Below are positions 47,284 to 57,324 of a DNA stretch of 64,000 bases, one piece after another. Positions within the stretch are counted from its first letter, which is position 1. Each line of letters begins with the position of its first letter. The translations under genes were made by a program, and so were the position numbers. Source of the DNA: Bacillota bacterium (GTDB lineage Bacteria; Bacillota_I; Bacilli_A; Izemoplasmatales; Izemoplasmataceae). Location of the stretch: positions 1,324-65,323 of the forward strand of contig JBNJEC010000001.1 in assembly GCA_051745505.1 (NCBI GenBank). Direction: 5' to 3'. A model generated the notes under the pieces. That model did not search any database and was not told where the DNA came from. It was given only the letters and a program-made list of their open reading frames with translations.

Positions 47284-48300
47284 ATGAGACGCAAAAGTGT
47301 AGCTTTATGGGGCTTTGGAGCAATGGGCCAGGGCATCGCAAAAATGATTGATTCAAAAGAGGGGGTTGAGATTGCAGGCATATGCGATACCAATCCTTCA
47401 TTCGAAGGAAAATCTTTAGGAGATATTTTAAGCACTATCAACAAAAATCGAGACTTGCCTATTCAAAATGACATTGACATAGTATTGAACAAGGACCTGG
47501 ATCTTGTGTTGATTGCGACAGATTCTTTCGTCAAAAAAACTTATTCCAAAATTGAAAAGATTGTTGAAAAAGGTATTAATGTAATCAGTACGGCTGAAGA
47601 AATGGCTTACCCCTATGCAAGCGAATCTGATTTAGCCAATAAAATCGATGAACTCGCCATAAAAAACAATGTGACTGTCTTAGGAACAGGCATTAATCCA
47701 GGCTTCGTGATGGATTTGTTGCCTATTTTTATGAGCGCTGCGATGGAACACGTTGAAAAAATAGAGGTCACCAGAGTCAATAGCCTTTCACCTTTTGGAA
47801 AAACCGTAATGGAGGAACAAGGTGTAGGACTGACTCTTGAAGCGTTTAACTCGAAAAGAAAGCTAAATGAACTTGCAGGACACGTGGGATTCAAAGAAAG
47901 TGTTTATATGATGGCGGAAGCTCTCAATATTGAAATAGAAGCGTTCAGCCAGAAAATGGAACCTATCGTTACTAAAGTCGATAGAAAAAGTCCTTATGGT
48001 GAAGCGCTTAAAGGAACGGTTGCGGGTATCAACATGACAGCTGAAGCTACAGTGAACGGAAAACCTTTCATTATCATGAAACATCCACAGCAAATCGAAC
48101 CGGGGGCTGAGGGCATTGAGACTGGTGATTATGTGACACTACATGGTTCACCAGAAATCAAACTTTCAATTAAACCAGAAATTGAAGGCGGTATTGGTAC
48201 CGTTGCCATGTGTGTCAATTCAATACCAAGCGTCATTGAAGCTGACCCAGGGTTAAAAACCATGATTGATTTACCTGTTCCACGCGCAATATCTAAATAA
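47284..48300 (+). CDS. ord: 2,4-diaminopentanoate dehydrogenase (DapB-like NAD(P) oxidoreductase)
   Basis: Rossmann N-terminus VALWGFGAMGQGIAKMI. About 340 aa, directly upstream of ortA/ortB. ATG 47284 follows AAAGGTGG. Confidence 0.75.
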   Translation: MRRKSVALWGFGAMGQGIAKMIDSKEGVEIAGICDTNPSFEGKSLGDILSTINKNRDLPIQNDIDIVLNKDLDLVLIATDSFVKKTYSKIEKIVEKGINVISTAEEMAYPYASESDLANKIDELAIKNNVTVLGTGINPGFVMDLLPIFMSAAMEHVEKIEVTRVNSLSPFGKTVMEEQGVGLTLEAFNSKRKLNELAGHVGFKESVYMMAEALNIEIEAFSQKMEPIVTKVDRKSPYGEALKGTVAGINMTAEATVNGKPFIIMKHPQQIEPGAEGIETGDYVTLHGSPEIKLSIKPEIEGGIGTVAMCVNSIPSVIEADPGLKTMIDLPVPRAISK

Positions 48301-48326
48301 TTGGTGCACATAAGGAGGCATGCAGG

Positions 48327-48632
48327 ATGAGTATCAAAAAAGGAACGTACGTTAAGATTACCAAGGATTATCTGAAACCGGGAGAACGCTTGGAAACTTT
48401 GCCTGAAGCAACCGCAAACACCCCATTGACCGGTTGGATAAAAGGAAAACTCCTTAAAGATGGCGAACTGAAGGACAAAGCGCCTGTAGAAACACTTACA
48501 GGTCGATTTGTACAGGGCGTGATTATTGATGTGGAACCTTCTCATACCCACACTTTCGGTGGATATGTCAAAGAACTTGGGAAGGTAAGAGAAACCATTC
48601 TTTCTGAAATGTGGGGTAACGATGATGTTTAA
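48327..48632 (+). CDS. ortA: 2-amino-4-oxopentanoate thiolase alpha subunit
   Basis: About 100-aa protein between ord and the PLP-dependent ortB. AAGGAGG RBS upstream. Assigned mainly by size and context. Confidence 0.7.
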   Translation: MSIKKGTYVKITKDYLKPGERLETLPEATANTPLTGWIKGKLLKDGELKDKAPVETLTGRFVQGVIIDVEPSHTHTFGGYVKELGKVRETILSEMWGNDDV

Positions 48633-50046
48633 TACGAATATGGCGTTTAACATTGAAAAACTCGATAAACGAAAAAGCGAAATCATCAAACGTTCTATTG
48701 GTCTTGATTATTCAGAATTCGAGACCGAAGGCATAGGGTTCAATTACGAAAAACTCATGGCTTCTACCGGATATACCTTTGAAGACGTGATTAACATACA
48801 AAAAGAGAACATGATCGGAAATACGCCGCTGACCGAGTTGAAGAATTTGACTGAATATGCAAGGAAGTTTTCTGAGGACGGCTATGGCGCAAGAATTCTT
48901 CTAAAGGATGAAGCGGCAAATCTGAGTGGATCTTTCAAGGCTAGACGTGCAGCAATGAGTGTTCACAAAGCGAAAGAATTGGGATACAAAGGTGTCATTG
49001 CGGCTACCAGCGGAAACTACGGCGCTGCAGTAGCGGCCATGGCCGCAAGATACGGACTCCAGTGCATCATCATACAGGAATGCTTCGACTCAAAAGGAAA
49101 AGCACAACCTGAAATTCTTGAAAAGGCCAGGGCTTGCGAATCCTATGGAGCGGAAGTCATTCAACTTAGTGTGGGCCCTGAACTCTTTTACACTTTCTTG
49201 CATTTGCTGGATGTAACAAAGTTCTTCAATGCGTCACTTTATTCTCCGTATGGCATTCTCGGTATTGAAACCCTTGGATATGAAATCGCACAGGAGACGA
49301 AAAAGGATTATGGGAAATTTCCTGAACTTGTCATAGCCACTAACGCTGGTGGAGGCAATCTGACGGGGACTGCTAGAGGATTAAACCGCGCAGGTTCCCA
49401 CAATACGGGTGTGTACGCGGCAAGCGTGAATCTTAGAGGGCTTCATATGGCTAATGACAATCATTTCAACAAGAAATCTTTTACGACGGGACACACCGGA
49501 TTCGGCATTCCATTCGCAATTAATCCCGACCGTAGCGACGTCCCAAGAAGTGCCGCAAGGCCGCTTAGATATGCGGACAAGTACTACGTGGTCAACCAGG
49601 GGAGCGTCTTTTTCATTACCGAAGCCCTGGCTGCTCTTGAAGGCATGGAACGAGGACCAGCAGGAAACACGAGCCTTGCTGTGGCGTTCCGTCTTGCACA
49701 GAAAATGAAACACGATGAAATCATTGTCGTTCAGGAGACTGAATATACTGGGGCAGGAAAACACCACAATGCCCAACTTGCATTCGCAAAGGAAAACGGT
49801 ATAGACCTGAAGTTCGGAAAGCCTTTGGAAGAAGTGCCGGGTAAAAACATCATTTTCCCTGAAAGTGGTGGAGATCTTCTTTTGAAGGAAATCCCTCTCA
49901 GACACATTCAAAAGACATATCTCAAACGGTACATGGATAACGAATTGACACTGAAAGATTTTATTTTTCTTGAACAGGAACTCAGGATTGACCAGGATGA
50001 AATCGATACGTTACTCAAGGAGGTGCGCGATGAAAGAAAGAAATGA
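48622..50046 (+). CDS. ortB: 2-amino-4-oxopentanoate thiolase beta subunit (PLP fold type II)
   Basis: SGSFKARRAA PLP-lysine region and ATSGNYGAA. Overlaps ortA by 11 nt. Confidence 0.8.
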   Translation: MMFNTNMAFNIEKLDKRKSEIIKRSIGLDYSEFETEGIGFNYEKLMASTGYTFEDVINIQKENMIGNTPLTELKNLTEYARKFSEDGYGARILLKDEAANLSGSFKARRAAMSVHKAKELGYKGVIAATSGNYGAAVAAMAARYGLQCIIIQECFDSKGKAQPEILEKARACESYGAEVIQLSVGPELFYTFLHLLDVTKFFNASLYSPYGILGIETLGYEIAQETKKDYGKFPELVIATNAGGGNLTGTARGLNRAGSHNTGVYAASVNLRGLHMANDNHFNKKSFTTGHTGFGIPFAINPDRSDVPRSAARPLRYADKYYVVNQGSVFFITEALAALEGMERGPAGNTSLAVAFRLAQKMKHDEIIVVQETEYTGAGKHHNAQLAFAKENGIDLKFGKPLEEVPGKNIIFPESGGDLLLKEIPLRHIQKTYLKRYMDNELTLKDFIFLEQELRIDQDEIDTLLKEVRDERKK

Positions 50047-50401
50047 TGATTACCAAACACGACGCGAACATCTTAAAGGCATGAGCGACAAGGAACTCAA
50101 GAATTATTTCTTCAACTTGACTGAAGATATTGTAAAACCACTTTTTGACATGGGGAAACACTATACATCGAAATCAATAGAAAGAAGCGTCCTTTTACGC
50201 ATGGGGTTTTCAAGTATTGAATGCAAAGACATTGTTGATGTGCTTTATGAAAACCATCTGTTGTCAAAAGGTGCCGGACACTGCGTATACCGTGTAGCCA
50301 AAGACAAAAGCTTGGATTTTAGAGATGCCGGAATGGCTTTGGCCCAGGGCGAACATATCGTGTATTTGAGGGAGGTTTTTGATATTCATGAAGAATCTTG
50401 A
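50030..50401 (+). CDS. oraS: D-ornithine 4,5-aminomutase S (small) subunit
   Basis: About 123 aa. ATG 50030 follows AAGGAGG, lies inside the ortB 3' end, and sits directly upstream of oraE. Confidence 0.75.
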   Translation: MKERNDDYQTRREHLKGMSDKELKNYFFNLTEDIVKPLFDMGKHYTSKSIERSVLLRMGFSSIECKDIVDVLYENHLLSKGAGHCVYRVAKDKSLDFRDAGMALAQGEHIVYLREVFDIHEES

Positions 50402-52601
50402 CCCGAACAGTAAAATGGATATAGAAAACATTCTGAAAGATCTTGAATCGTATCATCCCAAAAGACATGGCTGGACCTGGCGCAAGGTTGGTCCCCAAAC
50501 AATGGGGCCTTTTGATTTCGTACAGTCCAGCACGCCTTTGAAACGTTCTGTCCCACTTCAAAGTGCCAGGTTCCTTGGAGGCATAGATCCACAACCGGAT
50601 GCGGTTGTGACAGCAGAAATCGCTTCTGGAAGGTTTGAAGACGACATCAGAAGGATGCGCATGGCTGCCTATCATGGCGCAGACCATATCATGGTCATAA
50701 GAACGGCGGGACAATCCCACTTTGACGGGTTGCTTGAAGGCACGCCACAAGGTGTTGGGGGCATCCCAATCACTAGAAAACAAATTAGGGCTCAAAGAAA
50801 AGCACTTGATCTCATTGAAGAAGAAGTTGGAAGACCCATAAACTATCATTCCTATGTGTCTGGTGTAGCCGGCCCGGAAATCGCGGTGCTTTTCGCAGAA
50901 GAAGGCGTCAATGGTGCCCACCAGGATCCTCAATATAATATTCTTTACAGAAACATCAACATGATAAGAAGCTTTGTGGATGCCGCTGAAAGCAAAAAAA
51001 TTCTCGCCTATGATAACATTGCACAAATTGATGGCGCACACAATGCAAATGCCACGGCAAGAGATGCGTGGAAAGTCATGCCGGAATTGCTTGTTCAACA
51101 TGCAATGAACTCCGTATTCAGTGAGATGGTTGGCATCAAACCTGAAAACATCTGTCTTTCTTCAGTGCCACCAGCTGCACCACCTTCTCCAGATTTGAAG
51201 TTGAATCTTCCTTACGCAGTAGCACTTAGAGAGTTTTTTGACAAATACAAAATCAGAGCACAGATGAATACGAAGTACATGGACTCTTCAACAAGAGAAG
51301 CCACAGTCACCCACGTGCTCAATCTACTTATCTCAAGACTGACTTCAGCCGATATCCAAAGTACCATCACCCCGGATGAAGGAAGAAACGTCCCATGGCA
51401 TGTATACAATATAGAAGCGCTTGATACAACCAAACAGGCTATGATGGGCATGGACGATCTGCTTGGCATGGTGGATATCAAGGATGAAGGGTATATCAAG
51501 GAGAAGAAAAGAGAAATCCAGGAACGTGCCATTCTCATGCTTGAAGAAATCAAGGAAATCGGTGGCTACTATGAAGCAGTTGAAGCTGGAATGTTCGTTG
51601 ATAGTGGAGAATACCCCGCTAGAAATTCCGATGGTATCAAGCGAGAAGTAGACGGTGGTATAGGTGCAGGTAGTGTCATCAAAAGAGATGAAGATTACAT
51701 GGCTCCGGTTACCGCTCACTTTGGCTATAACAATGTCGCTCAATATGATGAATCCGCCAAAGACAATCCAGCTTCTTTAATAGACGGCTCAACCTTTGAA
51801 AAACCCGATAAGATTCAGTACATAGACGAACTCGATGATTCAGACAATGTATACCTTCGAATGGAAGCAACAAAAAAATACCGGAACACGGACTATGTCA
51901 AACCCGAAGTCGAATGGTTGGGAGACGGTGTGGTTACGGTTGATCTTTTCTTCCCGCTTGAAGAAAGGGTTGCAGGAGCTGCAGCTATCAAGACAGCAGA
52001 GAACATGAACCTGATGGATGTGGAAGTCATCCACAAGGAAAGGCTTCATCCAAGCGAAGGCACACGCGTCCAAATCAAAGGACGTGTGGATTTCGATATT
52101 GACACCTCCAAGCTTGAACTTCCTGAATTGCTTGATACAATGAGTGAGGACGAAGTGTTTGATTATATCAAGAAACATCCAATGAAAGTAGTAGCCGGCA
52201 CCGGCGGCGATGATGAACACAGTGTGGGTATGCGTGAAGTCCTTGATATCAAACACGGTGGTGTGGAAAAATATGGCATTGAATATGCTTACCTGGGTAC
52301 GAGCGTGCCCATTGAAAAATTCGTCGACGCCGCCATCGAGATGGATGCGGACGCTATTTTGATATCCACCATCATTTCTCACGACAATGTGCATTACAAA
52401 AACATGAGAAAACTGCATGAATATGCGGTTGAACGCGGCGTGAGAGACAAACTGATACTGATTGCCGGTGGGACGCAGGTTACGCCGGAAATTGCCAGAA
52501 AGAACAAGATGGATCAAGGCTTTGGCAGAGGAACTTCCGGGCTACATATTGCCAGTTTCATGATCAAGTGCCACAAGGCTATGACCAATCATGAAGATTG
52601 A
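50388..52601 (+). CDS. oraE: D-ornithine 4,5-aminomutase E (large) subunit, B12- and PLP-dependent
   Basis: C-terminal cobalamin-binding DxHxxG (DDEHSVGM) followed by a Rossmann-like domain. About 737 aa. ATG 50388 follows GAGGGAGG. Confidence 0.85.
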   Translation: MKNLDPNSKMDIENILKDLESYHPKRHGWTWRKVGPQTMGPFDFVQSSTPLKRSVPLQSARFLGGIDPQPDAVVTAEIASGRFEDDIRRMRMAAYHGADHIMVIRTAGQSHFDGLLEGTPQGVGGIPITRKQIRAQRKALDLIEEEVGRPINYHSYVSGVAGPEIAVLFAEEGVNGAHQDPQYNILYRNINMIRSFVDAAESKKILAYDNIAQIDGAHNANATARDAWKVMPELLVQHAMNSVFSEMVGIKPENICLSSVPPAAPPSPDLKLNLPYAVALREFFDKYKIRAQMNTKYMDSSTREATVTHVLNLLISRLTSADIQSTITPDEGRNVPWHVYNIEALDTTKQAMMGMDDLLGMVDIKDEGYIKEKKREIQERAILMLEEIKEIGGYYEAVEAGMFVDSGEYPARNSDGIKREVDGGIGAGSVIKRDEDYMAPVTAHFGYNNVAQYDESAKDNPASLIDGSTFEKPDKIQYIDELDDSDNVYLRMEATKKYRNTDYVKPEVEWLGDGVVTVDLFFPLEERVAGAAAIKTAENMNLMDVEVIHKERLHPSEGTRVQIKGRVDFDIDTSKLELPELLDTMSEDEVFDYIKKHPMKVVAGTGGDDEHSVGMREVLDIKHGGVEKYGIEYAYLGTSVPIEKFVDAAIEMDADAILISTIISHDNVHYKNMRKLHEYAVERGVRDKLILIAGGTQVTPEIARKNKMDQGFGRGTSGLHIASFMIKCHKAMTNHED

Positions 52602-53970
52602 TGTTCTGGTCGCAGAAATAGGGAGCACCACTACCGTTGTCAATGCCTTCAACATTCATGACGTTGTGCAGTTTCTAGGCAGAGGCGTTGCAAATACGAC
52701 GGTAAAGACCGATGTGAATCAGGGACTTGAAGAAGCTCTTACAGATCTTGAAAAACGGTTGTCTGAAGCCATTGAATGGAAAGAGATGTTTGCGGCTTCG
52801 AGTGCAGCCGGAGGCCTTAGAATGAGTGTGTCGGGCTTGGTGCACGACATGACAGTAAGAGCGTCCAAGGAAGCGGCTTTGAATGCGGGCGCGAATATAG
52901 ATTTAATTACGTCAGGGAATCTAGAGTGGGATGATTTGGAGCAACTCAAGTTACACAGACCCAACATCGTGCTCGTTTCAGGTGGTACGGATTACGGTGA
53001 CAAGAGAACCGCTTATGAAAACATCAAAAAGATCAAGGCTCTGAAGTTGAATGTCCCCATCGTTTATGCAGGCAATATTGACAACCACTACAGAATCAGA
53101 AAACTTTTTGAAAACAGTTCTCAAAAGGATTTGCTGCATATTACTGAGAATGTCTATCCCCGCGTAGACTATATGAACATCCATCCTTTGAGAAGAATGA
53201 TCTATAGGCTTTTTGAAGAAAACATCACCAAGGCGAAAGGCATGGAATATGTAAGAACCCTTGTCAACAAGGCCATTATGCCGACTCCGGGATCTGTCAT
53301 GGAAGCTTCCATGAAACTCAATGAAGAGATTGGCAACCTCATGGTGATTGACGTTGGCGGGGCAACAACGGACGTACACTCAATCACGACCCCACGCGAA
53401 GAATATGAAGAACATCTAGAAGGTGAGCCCAAGGAAAAAAGAACAGTAGAAGGCGATCTTGGCGTTTTCATCAATGCCCAGAACGTATGGCAGTGGATGG
53501 ATGAAAAAGCATTTATTGCCGGGGCATCCACAGACGAAGAAACGCTTCGAAACTTGAAACAAAACTATTCATACATTCCAAGGAGTGCTGTTGAGAGAGC
53601 CTTTGTGAAGGAATTGACAAGACTATGCGTGTTCAAAGCGCTGGATAGGCATGTTGGAGATCTCAAAAAGGTCTACACATCTTCTGGCAGAAAAGTCATC
53701 CCCGAAGGCAGGGATGTTTCGAAGGTGCAGCATATCGTATTGACCGGTGGCGCGCTTGTTAATCTGGAAGATACGGAAACAATCATCCATGATTATATCA
53801 AAAAGCGACCCAACAAAATGATGCCTGAGAACACTGTCAAAATTCACAAGGATCATGACTATATACTGGGCGCAGCTGGCGTACTCTCTCTTGAATATCC
53901 AAAACGCTCAAAAACTCTGATACTTCGCTCATTGAGGATGGAGGCACATAATGACTTATCCAAGAATTAA
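52591..53970 (+). CDS. GlmL/MutL-like ASKHA-fold protein, a putative aminomutase reactivase or chaperone
   Basis: MKIDVLVAEIGSTTTVVNAF and VIDVGGATTDVHS actin-like ATPase phosphate motifs. Overlaps oraE by 11 nt. Confidence 0.7.
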   Translation: MKIDVLVAEIGSTTTVVNAFNIHDVVQFLGRGVANTTVKTDVNQGLEEALTDLEKRLSEAIEWKEMFAASSAAGGLRMSVSGLVHDMTVRASKEAALNAGANIDLITSGNLEWDDLEQLKLHRPNIVLVSGGTDYGDKRTAYENIKKIKALKLNVPIVYAGNIDNHYRIRKLFENSSQKDLLHITENVYPRVDYMNIHPLRRMIYRLFEENITKAKGMEYVRTLVNKAIMPTPGSVMEASMKLNEEIGNLMVIDVGGATTDVHSITTPREEYEEHLEGEPKEKRTVEGDLGVFINAQNVWQWMDEKAFIAGASTDEETLRNLKQNYSYIPRSAVERAFVKELTRLCVFKALDRHVGDLKKVYTSSGRKVIPEGRDVSKVQHIVLTGGALVNLEDTETIIHDYIKKRPNKMMPENTVKIHKDHDYILGAAGVLSLEYPKRSKTLILRSLRMEAHNDLSKN

Positions 53971-55006
53971 AATAAAGGTTGAAAAATATCGGCACAATGT
54001 GAGAAAAACGAAAGCCTTGCTAGGGGAAAGGACAATCACCATGATGGCTGTGACCAAGGTTTTTTGTGCAGTTAAGCCTCTGGTAGATGTGCTGAATGAA
54101 GAATCCGTCGCTTATTTGGCTGATTCTCGTCTTGAAAACCTAAAAAACATTGAAACTGAAGCTTTAAAAGTCCTTTTGAGATTGCCTTCGCCTTCAAGTG
54201 TTCTTGAAACTGTTAAACATTCCGATATCTCTCTTAATTCAGAATGGAACACCATTGAACAACTCAACAAGGCAGCTAAAAGCATGAACATGGTACACAA
54301 GATTATTCTCATGATTGATGTGGGAGACTTAAGAGAAGGCGTCTTCTACAAAGAAGATTTGAAAGACATCATTGTGAGTATTGAAGATTTGAAAAACATC
54401 GAACTTTATGGACTCGGCACCAATGTGACCTGTTATGGCGGAGTGCTTCCTACAAGTGAGACAACTAAAAAGTTTGACGATATAGTGAAACATGTTGAAA
54501 CAATGATTGGACGCAGATTGCCAATCGTATCGGGGGGGAATTCCAGTCATCTGGCGTTCTTGGAGACCACACCGACTTCAATCAACAATCTGAGGATTGG
54601 CGAAGCCCTCGTACTTGGAAGGGAAACAAGTTATGGAAAAATTCTTGAAGGCTTGTATGATGATGTATTCACTTTGAAAGCCGAAATCATCGAACTCAAG
54701 GAAAAACCGACTTATCCTGAAGGTGAAATCGGTATGAACGCCTTTGGCAAAACCCCTGAATTTGAAGACAAGGGAATCAGGCAACGTGCCATCATTTCAC
54801 TGGGCAAGCAGGATGTGGACTATACTGAATTGATACCCAAGGACAAAAACGTTACAATTCTAGGTAGCAGCAGCGATCACATCATTCTTGATGTGACAGA
54901 CAGTGAAACACGCTATGAAGTCGGCGATATACTCACTTTCAAGTTGACTTACGGAAGCATTCTTTCATTGATGACGTCACCTTATGTGGAGAAAGACTAT
55001 GACTGA
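53951..55006 (+). CDS. orr: Ornithine racemase (alanine racemase N-terminal-domain family, PLP)
   Basis: MAVTKVF PLP-lysine context, about 351 aa, in the ornithine cluster. GGAGG RBS upstream. Confidence 0.7.
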   Translation: MTYPRIKIKVEKYRHNVRKTKALLGERTITMMAVTKVFCAVKPLVDVLNEESVAYLADSRLENLKNIETEALKVLLRLPSPSSVLETVKHSDISLNSEWNTIEQLNKAAKSMNMVHKIILMIDVGDLREGVFYKEDLKDIIVSIEDLKNIELYGLGTNVTCYGGVLPTSETTKKFDDIVKHVETMIGRRLPIVSGGNSSHLAFLETTPTSINNLRIGEALVLGRETSYGKILEGLYDDVFTLKAEIIELKEKPTYPEGEIGMNAFGKTPEFEDKGIRQRAIISLGKQDVDYTELIPKDKNVTILGSSSDHIILDVTDSETRYEVGDILTFKLTYGSILSLMTSPYVEKDYD

Positions 55007-56087
55007 AATCCATAGAAAGACGGTCGCAAGCATCAATCTTGAGAACATATCACACAATTTTGAGACACTCAGTGAACGTGCAAAGGATACGACATTGATC
55101 CCGGTAGTGAAAGCTGACGCTTATGGCCATGGTGCGGATGCAATTACCAAGCATTTGTATTATAATCATGATGTACGCCTTTTTGCGGTCAGTCTTCTTG
55201 AAGAAGCATTGGCCCTTGACGCGCTTTCGCTCGATATCGATATCCTCATCATGGGCCCGCTTGATGAAGATGCCTTGTCAGTAGTTTCAAAGCACGGTTT
55301 CATCTTCACACTTACTGGTGAAAGATTGTGGAAAGCGACCAAAGCTTTCTCTAGGCCATTAAGATTCCATGTCAAAGTCGATACAGGTATGCATCGTCTC
55401 GGATTACAGGACAAAGCCACGATTGACGAAGTCTTCGATATCGCTTTAAAACAGGAAAACCTTAATCTTGAAGGACTTTACACGCATTTCGCAACAGCGG
55501 ATTCCGACGAAGCCTACTTTTTAAAACAAAAGACCCTTTTCAAAAACGTGGTGAAGCGACTCCCCTGGAAACCCTCAATCATTCACGCCTCCAATTCATC
55601 AGCAACCATCAAATACGAAAACGATTTGGAAGCCACAACCCATTCACGTGTAGGCATATCATTGTATGGCTACAGCCTTGAAGAAGATGTCAACTACTTG
55701 AAACCGGCCATGACACTCCGCACACACGTAGCGCAAATCAAGGAACTGAAACCCGGGGAGAAACTTGGGTACAACATCACCTATGAAGCCACAGAAAAAG
55801 AGCGAATCGCAATTCTCCCTGTTGGGTATGGGGATGGATGGATTAGAAAGAACCAGGGTGGCGATGTCCTGGTCGGGGCGAAAAAATTCCCCATTGTTGG
55901 AAGAATCTGTATGGATATGACCTTCATCCGGGTGGATACCACTGTCTCAGAAGGAGACGAAGTCATCCTTTTTGGCGAAAACACCGTGACCGCGGATACG
56001 GTTGCAAATAGAACAGACACCATCAGTTACGAGGTGCTTTGCTTGGTAGGCAAGCGGGTGCCCAGAGTCTATAAAAATAGGAAGTGA
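54999..56087 (+). CDS. alr: Alanine racemase
   Basis: VVKADAYGHGA PLP site and GYGDGW motif. ATG 54999 overlaps the orr end by 8 nt. Confidence 0.9.
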   Translation: MTEIHRKTVASINLENISHNFETLSERAKDTTLIPVVKADAYGHGADAITKHLYYNHDVRLFAVSLLEEALALDALSLDIDILIMGPLDEDALSVVSKHGFIFTLTGERLWKATKAFSRPLRFHVKVDTGMHRLGLQDKATIDEVFDIALKQENLNLEGLYTHFATADSDEAYFLKQKTLFKNVVKRLPWKPSIIHASNSSATIKYENDLEATTHSRVGISLYGYSLEEDVNYLKPAMTLRTHVAQIKELKPGEKLGYNITYEATEKERIAILPVGYGDGWIRKNQGGDVLVGAKKFPIVGRICMDMTFIRVDTTVSEGDEVILFGENTVTADTVANRTDTISYEVLCLVGKRVPRVYKNRK

Positions 56088-56091
56088 TTGC

Positions 56092-57324
56092 ATGATCAAT
56101 GTATACTCGGAAATAGGGAAACTCAAAACAGTTCTTCTGCATAGACCAGGAAAAGAGCTTGAGAACCTTACCCCATCAGTGTTGGACCGTCTATTGTTTG
56201 ATGACATCCCGTTTTTGGATGTCGCACAGGAAGAACACGACGCGTTCGCGGAAACCTTGCGAAAAGAAGGGGTCGAAGTGCTTTATCTGACTGATCTTGT
56301 CAGCGAAGCCCTCGATAGCGTAAGTGAAAAGGAAAAGGACGCTTTCATCCGTCAGTTCATCAAAGAAAGCAGAATTCCAAACAAGAGTGCGACCGACGCC
56401 ATTTACGTCTATCTTAAAAAAATGGAAACAAAAGCCATGATTGAGAAAATGATAGCTGGAATCAAGAAAACGGAAATTCCAGAACATTTCAGTGGTACCA
56501 TCATGGAAATGCTTGAAAACGAATACCCTTTTTACACCGACCCCATGCCGAATATTCTATTTCAAAGAGATCCATTTTCAAGCATAGGAAGCGGTGTCGC
56601 AATCAACCATATGTATACCGCTACAAGACAACGGGAAACGCTGTTTTCGGATTTCCTGCTTAAAAACCACCCCCGTTTCAAAGACCAAGAAATTCCAACA
56701 TACTATACACGCAATCAGGAACATGCGATTGAAGGTGGCGATGTGCTCGTTCTTGATTCAGAAACACTTGCCGTCGGCATAAGCATGCGAACGAATCCCT
56801 ATGCCATCGAAGACCTTGCAAGGGCACTCTTCAAACAACACGAATCCTTCAAAACGATATTGGCCTTCAACATCCCAAATACCAGAGCTTTCATGCATCT
56901 GGATACGGTCTTTACCCAGGTGGATACTGGGGTTTTCACCGTTCACAGTGGTGTGCTTAGCACGATGACAATCTTCGAAATCACCAAAGACGGTGAGGCC
57001 TTGAACATTGAAAAAACCGTCACCACACTCGACAAGATTCTTGAAAAACATCTTGGGATTCCTGTGGAACTCATATCGTGTGGCGGCAAGGACGTTGTTG
57101 ACAGCGAGCGCGAACAATGGAACGATGGCGCCAACACATTGGCGGTGGAACCGGGGAAAGTCATCGCGTATTCGAGAAACCATGTCACAAATCGTCTCTT
57201 GAGAGAAAAAGGCATCACCGTGCTGGAAATTCCATCCAGTGAACTCTCGCGAGGACGCGGAGGACCCAGATGTATGAGCATGCCAATAATTAGAGTCAAG
57301 AAAGGGGCACACAATGAATCTTAA
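56092..57324 (+). CDS. arcA: Arginine deiminase
   Basis: MINVYSEIGKLKTVLLHRPG N-terminus and C-terminal catalytic Cys motif GGPRCMSMP. Confidence 0.93.
   Translation: MINVYSEIGKLKTVLLHRPGKELENLTPSVLDRLLFDDIPFLDVAQEEHDAFAETLRKEGVEVLYLTDLVSEALDSVSEKEKDAFIRQFIKESRIPNKSATDAIYVYLKKMETKAMIEKMIAGIKKTEIPEHFSGTIMEMLENEYPFYTDPMPNILFQRDPFSSIGSGVAINHMYTATRQRETLFSDFLLKNHPRFKDQEIPTYYTRNQEHAIEGGDVLVLDSETLAVGISMRTNPYAIEDLARALFKQHESFKTILAFNIPNTRAFMHLDTVFTQVDTGVFTVHSGVLSTMTIFEITKDGEALNIEKTVTTLDKILEKHLGIPVELISCGGKDVVDSEREQWNDGANTLAVEPGKVIAYSRNHVTNRLLREKGITVLEIPSSELSRGRGGPRCMSMPIIRVKKGAHNES

Noticed and set aside
50319-52517. Long antisense ORFs (260 aa and 225 aa) inside oraE
   Set aside because: The + strand frame carries the B12-binding DxHxxG domain and is continuous with the operon. 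The antisense ORFs are shadows.
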